A stretch of 63,830 nucleotides of DNA, filler included, from Octopus bimaculoides (lineage: Eukaryota), in the NCBI RefSeq assembly GCF_001194135.2. It is 5 parts of 5 records of this genome, joined end to end, with 100 filler letters (N's around TTAATTAATTAA, not from the genome) between each part and the next. Parts side by side here need not be neighbours in the genome. Positions count along the whole stretch, not along the records: positions 48,365 to 61,674 come from NC_068984.1; positions 61,775 to 63,830 come from NC_069010.1; 3 more parts are not named here. One strand, written 5' to 3'. The number at the start of each line of letters is the position of its first letter. Positions within the stretch are counted from its first letter, which is position 1. Shown here piece after piece: positions 49,488-62,050 of the stretch. The notes under the pieces are model-generated. The model searched no databases, had not been told where the DNA came from, and worked only from the letters and a program-made list of their open reading frames with translations. The translations under genes and the position numbers were made by a program.

Positions 49488-50262
49488 ATCATCATCATTT
49501 AACGTCCGTTTTCCAAGCTGGCATGGGTTAGACGGTTTGATAGTAACTGGCAAGCTGCAGAGCTGTACTAGGCTCCAGTCGTCTGCTTTGGTTTGTTTCT
49601 ATGGCTGGATGCTCTTCCGAACGCCAACCACTTCAAGAGTGTGGTGGATGCCTTTTATGCGTCACCGGCACGGGTGCATGTTACATGTCAGCGGAACAGG
49701 TGCATTTTACGTGTCAGCGGCACTGTCCATGACTCCGATTTCACTTGGCTTGATAAGTACACCAAATCGCCAAAGGTTTCGATCACTTGTCATCGCCTCT
49801 GTGCGACCCAACATCCGAAGACCATACTACACTATCTCGTCTCATGTCTTTCTGGGCCTACTTCTTCCATAGGTTCCCTCCACGGTCAGAGATTGGCACT
49901 TCTTTACGCAAGTGTCATCATCCATACGGATTTCATGACCATACCAGCGCAGTCTTCTCTCTTACACATCACATCTGACACCTCTTATGCCTAACCTTTC
50001 TCTCAAGATGCTTACAGTCTGTTGTATATGCACACTGAGATTGCAAATCCAGCGAAGCATACTAGGTTCATTTCTTTCAAGCCTTCGCATGTCCTTTGCA
50101 GGCACAACCCATGTTTCACTGCCATGTAGTATGGCTGTTCGCACACAAGCATCATACCATTTGCTTTTCCCTCTGAGGGAGAGGCCCATTGTTGCCAACA
50201 AAGGTAGAAGCTCTTTGAACTTTGCTCAGCCTATTCTACACTCTTGGACTGTCCACCTCCAG
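49488..50262 (-). mobile_element. RTE-clade LINE, 5'-truncated, with 3'UTR and (ATG)n tail
   Basis: AKFKELLPLLATMGLSLRGK..YDACVRTAILHGSETW..MRRLERNEPSMLRWICN; 3' end 'catgccagcttggaaaacggacgttaaatgatgat'. Confidence 0.9.
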
Positions 50263-50461
50263 TATTAGTAATATACCAGAATTTCTGGTTTTATTGTATT
50301 TGTACGTCATATTTCTGAACCAGATCTGAACTTTGTACTTAGTTTAACGTAACTATACCATACATATTCATATTTACTTTACAATTATATAGGGGTGCGT
50401 TTAAGTGGATGTATGTGTTTGTTTATATAAGGAAGTCATATATATATATATTATGTATTAA

Positions 50462-50645
50462 TATTGATTTCAAATTTTGGGACAAGGCCTGCAATTTCGT
50501 GGAGGGGAATAAGTCGATAGCATCGACCCAAGTACTCAACTGAAACTTATTTTAAAGACCCCTGAGAGGATGAAAAGCAAAGTCGACCACGGCGAAATTT
50601 GAACTCAGAGCACGAAGACGAACAAAATGCCGCTAAGCATATTGC
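50462..50645 (-). mobile_element. CORE-like SINE family A
   Basis: Reverse complement of the family A consensus. Confidence 0.8.
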
Positions 50646-51075
50646 GATGCACTCATATAGTGAGTGTTATAAATTTCTCCATTTCCTGACCTCATTATCC
50701 TTATTCTTAATTGAATCTAATGTACTAAAATTACTCTACAATTTTGTTGCTAAAACCTTCCATCAATTTATATTCGCGGCTTTTGGTTGGGTAAAATTTG
50801 CAGCGTAAGTGAAATAGAATCGGCAGGGAATCGAAACCGCACATGCATTAAGCGCTTTCTGTTATTGAAGCGACCTTGTGAAGCGCAACATTGAACTCTA
50901 TCTCACATTAACAAACAGTTGCCTTCTAACAAAAACAAAAGCAAAACAAACAGAAAGGACATAGAAGAACGAAAATAAAAAAAAAACTGTCAAATACCTG
51001 CTCTTTTTTATTTATCTATTATTTTTTTTTTTGCAGTGGGGGCTCTTCCCTCTGCACTGACTGTGAGAGAATGGT

Positions 51076-51135
51076 GGGCGGAACTTTTTACCTGGTTATA
51101 AATAACTGATCTCCCCTCCCATTAACTACTCATTG
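51076..51135 (+). promoter_or_regulatory. Putative core promoter of the chitin deacetylase gene
   Basis: GC box GGGCGG 51076-81, TATAAATA 51097-51104 and Inr-like TCATT at 51130, about 130-190 bp upstream of the ATG. Motif inference only. Confidence 0.4.
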
Positions 51136-51264
51136 TAGTTTGTTTTACGCCACAAAATGTTTAAAAGCGATAAAGAAGTCAAACAATATCAGTTTCAACC
51201 TGAATTTCTAACAGTACGTTTAAGATTTCAAATCAACATATACGTTTAAATCGACAAATATTTC

Positions 51265-51748
51265 ATGGAAATGGGCTTCGAAGGAGTTTTCCATAAATAT
51301 CCACATAAATTTTGGTTGTTATTAATTTTGGTACATGTTTTATTTATTACTCCATCATATTCTTATGAAATTTGTGCGGAAAGCGGTGGTTACATGTGCC
51401 ATGAAGAACATCCTAACCAATTCTATCGGTGTACAGGATATAACAGGAAAGCATTAATGTCTTGCGGTACAGAACTACATTTTGATCCAAGATTTAACGT
51501 CTGTAACTGGCCAAACCCTAATGATTGCAGTGCACAGATAAATCGATCAAAAACCACCAAGTTAAATGATGTTGGAGCTGCTACCAAACCACCTACAACG
51601 TCTGTAGTTACCACTGACGGTGTTCCTTTCAAACGAAGTTCATTAATAAGTAAAATTTTGTCAACCACTACTTCTAAACCATCAACTCATCCTCAAACCA
51701 CTACTTCTAAACCATCAACTCATCCCCAAAAGATATTTGAACTCACAG
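51265..51748 (+). CDS. Chitin deacetylase exon 1: signal peptide, CBM14/peritrophin-A-like domain, Thr/Ser/Pro linker
   Basis: Hydrophobic FWLLLILVHVLFI; C37..NQFYRC..C.....FDPRFNVCNWP...C; donor ACAG|GTAAGT, phase 1. Confidence 0.88.
51664..51729 (+). repeat. In-frame 33-bp tandem duplication (TTTSKPSTHPQ x2)
   Basis: The two copies differ by one synonymous base (CCT/CCC). Confidence 0.95.
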
Positions 51749-53215
51749 GTAAGTAATAATTTTCACTAATTTTACACACCAAATCTTTCACTGATGTTTT
51801 TATCTCTTTACATAGTTGTTATTCAAAAAGAAATAATTGATCTCTGATTGTCGAACTAGAGTTATATATAATCCACTTTACAGCACTCAGAATTTGGTGT
51901 TTATTGAAAACTGATTTTTTTTCTCTTTTAAACTTAAAATATTTCTTACTCCATGCAGTCATTTATCGTTTTATGTTAGCATGTTGTTTCCTAGGAGCGA
52001 CCTGTTTTTTGTCTAATATTAAATTGCACAAAGCGTTAGTGATTTTGCTTTTCAAATCCTAACTCTCCGCCTTTTAAGATCTTGTGTATAAATTTAATAA
52101 ATTATTTTAGATACGAGGTATTGTATATAACTATGCTTTTGTGAAACAGCCGAAATATTGGCGCTATTCATTTGGAGTAAAAGTGTAAGTAACATGTTAC
52201 GTCATGCATACGTATCATTGGACTCAGTTCTCAGATTGTGTTGTGGATTAAGTCTTCATCTCCTGTTGCTTCAGTAAACTCTGAAAATCAGCGTTAACAT
52301 AGTTTTGGGTCATAAAATAATGGAAGTAAATTGCGATAAAATGCGTAGTACTGACACAACTGGAAGTGACGGGAGCGGCAACCCATAATGAAAATATATT
52401 CTGCATAGATAAAAAAAAAGGCCACCGAAACAATGACACTGAACAGATTTAAACAAGAAAATGCATTAAACTTGAAAACAATGTTTGCAAGAAATTTATC
52501 TTTATAAGCAAAACATGTTATATGAAATCAGATTCGTGAATGACAGTTCATGATTTCTGAATATACTTCTCCAAAAAACACCCCTGCAGATACGATGTAT
52601 ATAAAGCACCGCTCGTTCTGCATTGTCGCCTTGGCTATTTTTGTTTATTGGCGAGCACCCATCTCACTTCGATTGCTTGAGCATGTATACTCTCATTGTT
52701 TTGATTTNNNNNNNNNNCGCTCGTTCTGCATTGTCGCCTTGGCTATTTTTGTTTATTGGCGAGCACCCATCTCACTTCGATTGCTTGAGCATGTATACTC
52801 TCATTGTTTTGATTTACGAATTTAAAAATATGGCTTACAACTTCATGGGTATACATATTACCTAAACTAACATAGGACGCCCATCCATTCCATATCGTAC
52901 GTTTTTCTACCAACAATAACAAGTTTATAATCAACCAAAGTGTTTCCCGCCTACGATCGGCGTTCTTACACAGCCCTTGCCTGTACGTCTTTCTATTGAG
53001 TCAAATGCTCAATGACTCGCATCGTCCCACTTTCCTCAATGATATTTTCGATACATGTATTTCGATTCATCTAAATCTACGATAAAGGGAAACCCTGCAT
53101 CATCTAATCCACCGAGTTACTGCGTAGTTTCCATTTGTTGCTCACACACATTTCTCTTAATGTTACACCAATCAAAAACGGTATCATTGCTCGGTTCCGT
53201 TTTCGGAATTCGGAT

Positions 53216-53707
53216 CCTTTCACTTTCATCGGCAGATCGAGAAATTAATTTTTTGTAACTAAACACTTTCAAACTTCGGACACTGATAAAATGTGTCATA
53301 TAAAACATCTTTTAGCGTTGTTGAGATAAGTTTCTATTTACGAAGTTATCTCCTGTTAAAGTTGTCGTATTTCGGTAATTTCAACCAATCAATATCGTGT
53401 ATTCAATTGTTTATTCATACGAACGTAACTGAGATGAAATATGTCTTAAATAACAGTGACAAACGAAATATACACCGTCGGAAGTTTTTGACAAACAACA
53501 GCAGTAATTTTGTTCAGCTGAATACATGTCATTGATTGGTTGAAATTACCGAAATACGACAACTTTAACACGAAATAACTTCGAAAATACACAATTTTCT
53601 CAAAAACGCTAAGAATAAAAGATGTTTTATATGACACATTCTACCAGTTTGAAAGTGTTTAGTTACGAAAAATTAATTTCTCGATCTGCCGTTGAAAGCG
53701 AAAAGGG
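53216..53707. mobile_element. MITE-like element with about 190-bp TIRs in the deacetylase intron
   Basis: 53216-53410 is the reverse complement of about 53515-53707 (ggcagatcgagaaattaatttt..gtaactaaacactttcaaac..gtgtcatataaaacatcttt..gttaaagttgtcgtatttcggtaatttcaaccaatcaat). No clear TSD. Confidence 0.85.
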
Positions 53708-53869
53708 CAGTCTGAGGGCAGACTGTTACGTCAAGGTGTATGAAACGAATTAGTTAGTGTGGATAGATTAGGTAACCGTTCTCATGGGAAAAACCCCCCA
53801 GCTCTTAGGCAGCGAGTGAAACCACATTGCCAGCAGCTCTTTCTGGACGACTCATTAATCCGCCAAGAT

Positions 53870-54103
53870 AAGGAAGTGAGCTGGCAGAATCGTTAGCACG
53901 CCGGGCGAAATGCTTAGCGGTATTTCGTCTGCCGCTGCGTTCTGCGTTCAAATTCCGCCGAGGTCGACTTTGCCTTTCATCCTTTCGGGGTCGATAAATT
54001 AAGTACCAGTTACGTACTGGGGTCGATATAATCGACTTAATCCGTTTGTCTGTCCTTGTTTGTCCCCTCTGTGTGTAGCCCCTTGTGGGCAGTAAAGAAA
54101 TAG
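53870..54103 (+). mobile_element. CORE-like tRNA-SINE A, near-consensus copy
   Basis: 'gagctggcagaatcgttagcacgccgggcgaaatgcttagcgg..gttcaaattccgccgaggtcgactttgcctttcatcctttcggggtcgataaattaagtaccag'. The latter block resembles the CORE domain as found in invertebrate and fish CORE-SINEs. Confidence 0.92.
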
Positions 54104-55026
54104 NNNNNNNNNNNNNNNNNNNNNNNNNNNNNNNNNNNNNNNNNNNNNNNNNNNNNNNNNNNNNNNNNNNNNNNNNNNNNNNNNNNNNNNNNNNNNNNNN
54201 NNNNNNNNNNNNNNNNNNNNNNNNNNNNNNNNNNNNNNNNNNNNNNNNNNNNNNNNNNNNNNNNNNNNNNNNNNNNNNNNNNNNNNNNNNNNNNNNNNNN
54301 NNNNNNNNNNNNNNNNNNNNNNNNNNNNNNNNNNNNNNNNNNNNNNNNNNNNNNNNNNNNNNNNNNNNNNNNNNNNNNNNNNNNNNNNNNNNNNNNNNNN
54401 NNNNNNNNNNNNNNNNNNNNNNNNNNNNNNNNNNNNNNNNNNNNNNNNNNNNNNNNNNNNNNNNNNNNNNNNNNNNNNNNNNNNNNNNNNNNNNNNNNNN
54501 NNNNNNNNNNNNNNNNNNNNNNNNNNNNNNNNNNNNNNNNNNNNNNNNNNNNNNNNNNNNNNNNNNNNNNNNNNNNNNNNNNNNNNNNNNCTTATTTGGT
54601 TAATTTCTCCGGCAATTAATCGTCATTCTTTTGGACGGAGCTGCCTGTTAACCAAAATGAGTACCTATAATACCTGAAAGTAAACTCTGCAAACGACAGG
54701 CACTTTGTTAGGCGGGGCAGTGTTGTGCTCTCAGTCTAAACTACTTGAAAATCTGTGTAAATTACGGCCTCATAGACTTGTAGTCTCTTAGCAAATTAAA
54801 TGAAAATAGTAATCTCTGGCAATGGAGATGTTTAAACATTCAAATGACGGGATAAAATGGAGAGTTAAGTTTTGTATTCCACAAGCATCAGCTCAAGTGG
54901 TCTGTGTAATATACATTGTCTGATATGAATGCGTCAGACAGATTAAGTTCAGTTAAGAGCCATTCAGCTAAAATGAGGTATAATTAACACGGGTGGAAAT
55001 CTCTCCATGGTATTACAAACGAACTG

Positions 55027-55160
55027 AAGGCGGTGAGCTGGCAGAATCGTCGGACCAGGTGCTTAGCGGCATTTCGTCCGTCTTTACGTTCTGAGTTCAA
55101 ATTCTACCGAGGTCTCATTTACCTTTCATCCTATCCGGGTTGATAAAATAATTACCGTTA
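55027..55160 (+). mobile_element. SINE family A (deleted)
   Basis: 'aaggcggtgagctggcagaatcg..ctgagttcaaattctaccgagg'. Confidence 0.8.
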
Positions 55161-55751
55161 TACTACTGCTGTGTAATATACATTGACTGATATTAATGCA
55201 GCAGATAGCTTAAGTTTAGTTAATAACCATTCAGCTAAAATGAAGTATAGTTAACGTTGATGGAAATCTCTCCAAGATATTATAAAAGAACTGCGTTCAC
55301 TGATATTCCGCGATAAGCAAGCCATGGAGTCACTCTAACAGCAGCGTTTGCGGGATGTTTTTCTATGTATAACATACCCGTTCAGATCTATATATTTCCA
55401 CAAAGATCGTTGAAATGATTACTTTATAGTGTAATATAAATATTTTCTGTTTTCCGATAGTAAAACGGTAATGTTTTCGAGATAACTGCATAACTCTGCT
55501 CTCTGTTGAAGAACAACCTTCCAAAAATCTCCACGGTAAATGAAATTTTTGCGCAGTTTTCTCTGATTCCATAGGTTTGCCCTATTGTTTGTACAGTTGC
55601 ATTTTTACCCTCGTTTCTTTTTTATTAGTGTAGATCAATATCTCTAGGCCTCATTCTATATAAGAGTTAGTAGATATGTGTTCGTATCCATTAAAAAAAA
55701 AAATGTTCATCTTTTTATTTGATTTTATGGGTTTTTTTTTTTACTTTGCAG

Positions 55752-56695
55752 GTCCCTGTCGTCCAGAACATTGCAAATTACCGAACTGTAAATGTCCTGG
55801 GCCTGAAATTCCAGGCTCATTGCCAACAAATGCAATTCCGCAGATAATTCTATTGACTTTTGATGACGGAATTAATGAGCATAATATCGGTTATTACAGG
55901 GATTTGTTTAGCTTGAACCTAACCAATCCAAACGGCTGTCCTATTCAAGCAACATTTTTCGTTTCCGGCGATTATACTATTTATAAGGATGTGAAAGAAT
56001 TATATGACCAAGGGCATGAAATAGCTTCTCATAGCAAATCGCATAAATTTCCAGAAGATTACTGGTTGAATGCTGATTACAAGACTTATACCGATGAAAT
56101 AAATGGCATGAAAATCTGGCTTAGTGAAAAGGCCGATATTCCAGCAGAAGATATTCGTGGAATGCGTTCACCGTTTCTTGCATTGGGAAAAGATGCCCAG
56201 TTCAAAAGTTTGGAAGATCATAAATTTTACTTCGATAGTTCGATGGTTACAGGTTCAATGTCTACTACTACAGAAATACCAACGTGGCCCTTTACACTTG
56301 ATTACCCGGTTAACTGGAGATATTGTGCACTTAAATACTGCCCAGAGAAATCATATCCAGGATTATGGGAAGTCCCACTTATACGTTGGTACAATGACAA
56401 AGGCAGTGCTTGTTCAATGGCTGATTCATGTACAATTCCTCCAAACACATCGGCTGTCGTAAATTACTTGAAAGACAACTTTAATCGCCATTATGAAAGA
56501 AATAAGGCACCTTTCGGCATATTTTTGCACGCACGTTGGCTTACTAATAACTTAAAACCACTGAAGAAATTTTTGGAAGAAGTTTCTCTCAAAAACGATG
56601 TATGGATCGTGACAGTGTCTCAAGCTTTGCAATGGATTCAGAATCCAGTTCCATTGGACAATATTTCTGATTTCAGACATTGGAAATGTAAATAA
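55752..56695 (+). CDS. Chitin deacetylase exon 2: CE4/NodB polysaccharide deacetylase catalytic domain to stop
   Basis: Acceptor TTTTTTTACTTTGCAG|GT is phase 1 and matches exon 1. CRPEHCKLPNCKC; motif 1 LTFDDG; ATFFVS; motif 2 EIASHSKSH; motif 3 GMRSPFL; DSS; WPFTLDY; LWEVPL; NKAPFGIFLH; VWIVTVSQALQWIQNP. Spliced product 475 aa. Confidence 0.96.
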
Positions 56696-56860
56696 ATAAC
56701 TGAGAAGGAAATAAAATGATGGATATTTTACGATTCAAAATCGAAATATTTAAATATTTAATTGTTCTCGGAATTTTAACATTGTTTGGGAATTATATAA
56801 TCAACCTTTCACCACTGCATCCATTTCCATTTTTACAGTTTTATCGCTTAATTGAATAAA
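56691..56860 (+). terminator. Candidate polyadenylation signals
   Basis: AATAAA overlapping the stop (56691), near 56709 and near 56854. Confidence 0.4.
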
Positions 56861-56871
56861 CTGAGATATTC

Positions 56872-57081
56872 TTTTCTTTCTTTGTTTACTTGTTTCAGTC
56901 ATTTGACTGCGGCCATGCTGGAGCACCGCCTTTTAGTCGAGCAAATCGACCCCAGGACTCATTCTTTGTAAGCCTAGTACTTATTCTATCGATCTCTTTT
57001 GCCGAACCGCTAAGTTACGGGGACATAAACACACCAGCATCGGTTTTCAAGCGATGTTGGGGGGACAAACACAAACACACA

Positions 57082-57125
<44 letters not shown>

Positions 57126-57290
57126 TACGACAGGCTTCTTTCAATTTCCGTCTACCAAATCCACTCACAAGGCTTTGGTCGGCCCGGGGCTAGAATAGAA
57201 GACACTTGCCCAAGGTGCCACGCAGTGGGAATGAATCCGAGACCATGTGGTTGGTAAGCAAGCTACTTGCCACACAGCTACTCCTGCGCC
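56872..57290 (-). mobile_element. tRNA-SINE family B, full length, young
   Basis: Clean reverse complement of the family B consensus. Confidence 0.92.
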
Positions 57291-58058
57291 AATAGAAAAA
57301 TATACTGAAATATATTCTTACTACACTTCATAAATCAATTCAAAGTTTTTATAACAAGATATAAATATCAAAGTAATTCTATTGAAAGATACAATTAAGA
57401 AATTATACTATAAATTGCTTAATCTTGATTACAAATTCATACGAAATTGAAAATACAACCGTATTAAAATAAAGTCGGTATTACGTAAAAGATATAACAA
57501 TACTAGTTTGGACTCAAAATGTTTATGTTTAATAAGACGGATTACATGCAGCTATTCCCGCTTGGGTTGCGGGATTTCACTCTTACGAGAATTGTAAAGT
57601 ATGACCATAAATTTCATGATACGGCCTGTAATCTCGCTCATACGGAAACTCGTATTGCATAGTATTAAATTGTTAAAAACTTAAAACTGGACTTCCCTCC
57701 TAGCTAAATGCCTTCGTGCGTTATAATTAAGGTCACAGTATATAATTAATGATTTGGAAAATTATCATCACCTTACACACACACACACACACGTGTAAAC
57801 TCATATATTTATATGTAATGTACATAATGTGAACGTGTGTGTGTATATGTGTATGTATGTATNNNNNNNNNNNNNNNNNNNNNNNNNNNNNNNNNNNNNN
57901 NNNNNNNNNNNNNNNNNNNNNNNNNNNNNNNNNNNNNNNNNNNNNNNNNNNNNNNNNNNNNNCTGGTCGCTTCAAATGGACAAGACAATGTCCATTCTAT
58001 TATCCTCAAGCAATGCAGCATCAGAAAACAGCAATCTCTTTCTGTTATACACATGCAG

Positions 58059-58436
58059 CATGGAGGCGCAATGGTCCAGTGGTTAGGGTAGCGAACTCGC
58101 GGTCGTGGGATCGCGGTTTCGATTCCCAGACTGGGCGTTGTGAGTGTTTATAGAGTGAAAACACCTAAAGCGCCACAAGGCTCCGGGAGCGGGTGGTGAC
58201 GAACCCTGCTGTACTCTTTCACCACAACTTTCACCCTTTATTCCTGTTTCTTTTGTACTTGTATTTCAAAGGGCCAGCCTTGTCATACTGTGTCACGCTG
58301 AATCTCTCCGAGAACGACGTTATGGGTACACGTGTCTGTGGAGTGCTCAGCCACTCGCACGTTAATTTCACGAGCAGGCTGTTCCGTTGATTGGATCAAC
58401 TGGAACCCTCGTTGTCGTAACCGACGGAGAGCCACG
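58059..58436 (+). mobile_element. tRNA-SINE family C
   Basis: Homologous end to end to 41592-41973. Confidence 0.9.
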
Positions 58437-58773
58437 AAACATTCAGGCGTTGGTATATGGCTACATATTCAGATAAATATAGGCAAAATATAAATATATA
58501 CAAATGCAAATACAGGGGTAAAAACTGTGCTCCAGCATGGCCGAAGTCAAATGACTGAAAAGAATAAAAGAATATTGCTTTTTTATTTCTTTCCCGGAGA
58601 CGATTATGAACGTAACCAATCGCTAACACGCGGAACTAAGAGTACAGTATTGTATGGATGTTATTACTGTTTCACCAGGTGACGTAAACTAATATTGTAC
58701 TTAATATCTATTTACTATTTTAGAAAGACTGACATACGTTCAGGAATGATGTAAGTCGAAACGACCTAACCAG

Positions 58774-58807
<34 letters not shown>

Positions 58808-59368
58808 NNNNNNNNNNNNNNNNNNNNNNNNNNNNNNNNNNNNNNNNNNNNNNNNNNNNNNNNNNNNNNNNNNNNNNNNNNNNNNNNNNNNNNNNNNNNN
58901 NNNNNNNNNNNNNNNNNNNNNNNNNNNNNNNNNNNNNNNNNNNNNNNNNNNNNNNNNNNNNNNNNNNNNNNNNNNNNNNNNNNNNNNNNNNNNNNNNNNN
59001 NNNNNNNNNNNNNNNNNNNNNNNNNNNNNNNNNNNNNNNNNNNNNNNNNNNNNNNNNNNNNNNNNNNNNNNNNNNNNNNNNNNNNNNNNNNNNNNNNNNN
59101 NNNNNNNNNNNNNNNNNNNNNNNNNNNNNNNNNNNNNNNNNNNNNNNNNNNNNNNNNNNNNNNNNNNNNNNNNNNNNNNNNNNNNNNNNNNNNNNNNNNN
59201 NNNNNNNNNNNNNNNNNNNNNNNNNNNNNNNNNNNNNNNNNNNNNNNNNNNNNNNNNNNNNNNNNNNNNNNNNNNNNNNNNNNNNNNNNNNNNNNNNNNN
59301 NNNNNNNNNNNNNNNNNNNNNNNNNNNNNNNNNNNNNNNNNNNNNNNNNNNNNNNNNNNNNNNNNNNN

Positions 59369-59402
<34 letters not shown>

Positions 59403-59844
59403 TACGAAACAAACATATATACATATATATTTATATTTATATATACAGAAGGAGATTATATTTAAGAATTTACTAAAAATTGGAGAGGAATAACTGACCT
59501 GTCTGTTTGACATTTTCTGTCTTGTGTGTAGCTAAGGAACGCTTGCTTTTTTAAGGAATATGTGGGAGGTTGGTTGGGCGGGGAAGAGTAATGTGGAATC
59601 AAAAGGATTTTTTTTTGTTTCTGAGCTAGTCTGTCATGGTTCAGTGGTTTTTGGGACTCGTCTTAGAGGTCAGAATGGAGTGAGTGTGCGTGTGTGTCTC
59701 TGTGCACGTATCTATGAATATGCGTATATATATGTGCTTGTGTTTGTGTGGGGGCCGTTTTTGATTGATCCCAGTGTTTAGTGTGGTGTGTGTATGGTTA
59801 TGTGTATATTTAGCAGGATGGTGTGTGTATATGTGTGTACGTTT

Positions 59845-59901
<57 letters not shown>

Positions 59902-60989
59902 NNNNNNNNNNTGTGTGTGTGTGTGTGTGTGTGTATGTGTGTGATTTGTATTTGTCAGGGTGTTGTGTGTGGGTATGTGTTTGTTCGCGTGTGTGCATGT
60001 GTGCATTTTTTGTGTGCGCGTGTGTATGTTTGTGTGTGTTTTGGGATCTTTCTGATCTGACGGTCAACACTTTTCATTAATGTTTTAAGTAGTGTTTTTG
60101 GTACCGAAACACTTTCAAACTTCGTATACTTGTATATTTTGTGTTATAGAACAGATAAAAAATTTTGTATTCGAAGTTATTTCATGTAGTGTTGCCCATC
60201 AAATCAGAAAGATCCTGTTTTGTGTTGGTGGGGATGTTATGTGTGTGTATCTCTGTCTGAGTATATTTGTGTCATTTCGATTGTCCTGGAAGTTTGTGTG
60301 AGCAACCGTATGCGTGTGTGAGGGTTCATACGTATGTATGTGTATGTGTGGGTATGTGTGTGTGTGTGAGTGTTGGCTATGATTGTTACAATCGTATTGC
60401 ATGTACTAACATCCCTCCAACAATGGGTAAAGAAACACTTGGTGCGCCAACCACGAAACGGAGTTTAAAAACGAAAATCATGTAAGCAACCCATATTTTT
60501 AAAAAAATAATAAAAACGCACTCACAACAAAGAAGACAAATCACAAAACATTCAAGACACACCACTCCTAACTTTCACCACAACAATAACAGAACTTACA
60601 GGCAACACTACACCCTATCAAAAGAATCCAGGCACCCACCAAGACGAAACTTTACCGACACTGTATATCCCAACAATCACAGGAATCGTTCCAAAATCGG
60701 AGATCCCACCCAACACATAGGAATTCACCTCTAAACCGCAACTGTAGATTCCAACCCACTCTAAGGAACCAAAATTACACCCACTACAAACAACCCAAAC
60801 CCCGGAATAACCAAAACTCCTCTAGTAGGCCAAACCAACAATCCAGGCCTCGGAATAATCAAAACCACTTTAGTAGGCAACACATCAATGGGAGAAAGAC
60901 ACCAAAATACCGCAGACAGAAGAATCCCCAGAAATCATGTTTTAGGCCAGGGCGACAGAATTCGCGACACCAGATGGTAGATACCAACC

Positions 60990-61674
60990 CTGAAAAAACA
61001 AAACTAGTGAATCTCTTAAACTTTAACCTGTCAACCCAACAAATCAAAATCATTTCAAAAGGACTAAAATTCACTCCAACCCCACAATACCCTAACCTGA
61101 GTGAAATACAGGATGATGTCTCACTTTTGTGGAAAATTACGCCTCACGGGAATTTTTTGACAATTTAGTAACGACGAATCAATGAGCAAAAAGAGCAATT
61201 ACAATCCTACAAAAGGCAGAAACACAACTCTGGACAAATTTTGTGACTACATTTCAAACTCTCCTTATAGTGAACTTCCACAACCTAAGCCCAAACCCAA
61301 TACTAGTAAAAGAGAATGGGAAATCATCTACGAATTACAAAACAATCATGACATCACAATCAAGGAAGCAGATAAAGGTAGTACTGTCGTAATTATGGAT
61401 AACGAACAATACAAAAACTCCGTATCTCACCTCTTACAAGATACTACCTACTATGAAAGAGTAGTCAACTACCAACACTCAAAACCAATTTCCAAATTAA
61501 ACACACTCATTTGCCAACATCGAAATAGCTTAAGAGCAAAGGAATGCGACTACCTAACAAATTTTAATTGCAAAACCAGCATCCTCTGCGGGCTTCCGAA
61601 AATCCGCAAGAGCAAAATAATTACTGAAGCTTGCAAAAAGTGCACTTTAACCTGCATTACTGTACTACTTCCCA
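60990..61674 (+). mobile_element. Penelope-like element 3, RT N-terminal region (cut by a gap)
   Basis: VNLLNFNLS..ISKGLKFTPTP; KSNYNP; ITIKEADKGSTVVIMD..Y; LCGLPKIRKS. Confidence 0.88.
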
Positions 61675-61774
61675 NNNNNNNNNNNNNNNNNNNNNNNNNN
61701 NNNNNNNNNNNNNNNNNNTTAATTAATTAANNNNNNNNNNNNNNNNNNNNNNNNNNNNNNNNNNNNNNNNNNNN

Positions 61775-61804
<30 letters not shown>

Positions 61805-61805
<1 letters not shown>

Positions 61806-62050
61806 AGTCTCATGGAGGCAAAGTGGCTGAGTTCCTTTCGTGTGTTGGGCCTCCCGGAGACAATGAACAAGACCTTTGGCAGTATGTCGTGCTTGAGAAG
61901 AAGACCCATCAAGCTGAGTAAAATCGCAGATGTGGCAGATACTGGTGTCATGCAAATGGCTCCCATGCTGGTGGCACGTAAAAGCACCCATTACACTCTC
62001 GGAAGGGTTGGCATTAGGAAGGGCATCCAGTTGTAGAAACCCATGCCAAA
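61805..62050 (+). mobile_element. RTE-type 3'UTR fragment
   Basis: 'ggcacgtaaaagcacccattacactc..gttggcattaggaagggcatccag' matches the reverse complement of the 3'UTR at about 49590-49700. Confidence 0.65.

Noticed and set aside
52610-52815. Perfect 98-bp direct repeat across a 10-N gap (similar cases at about 3850-3990 and 37820-37900)
   Set aside because: Identical copies either side of a minimal gap indicate unmerged contig overlap.
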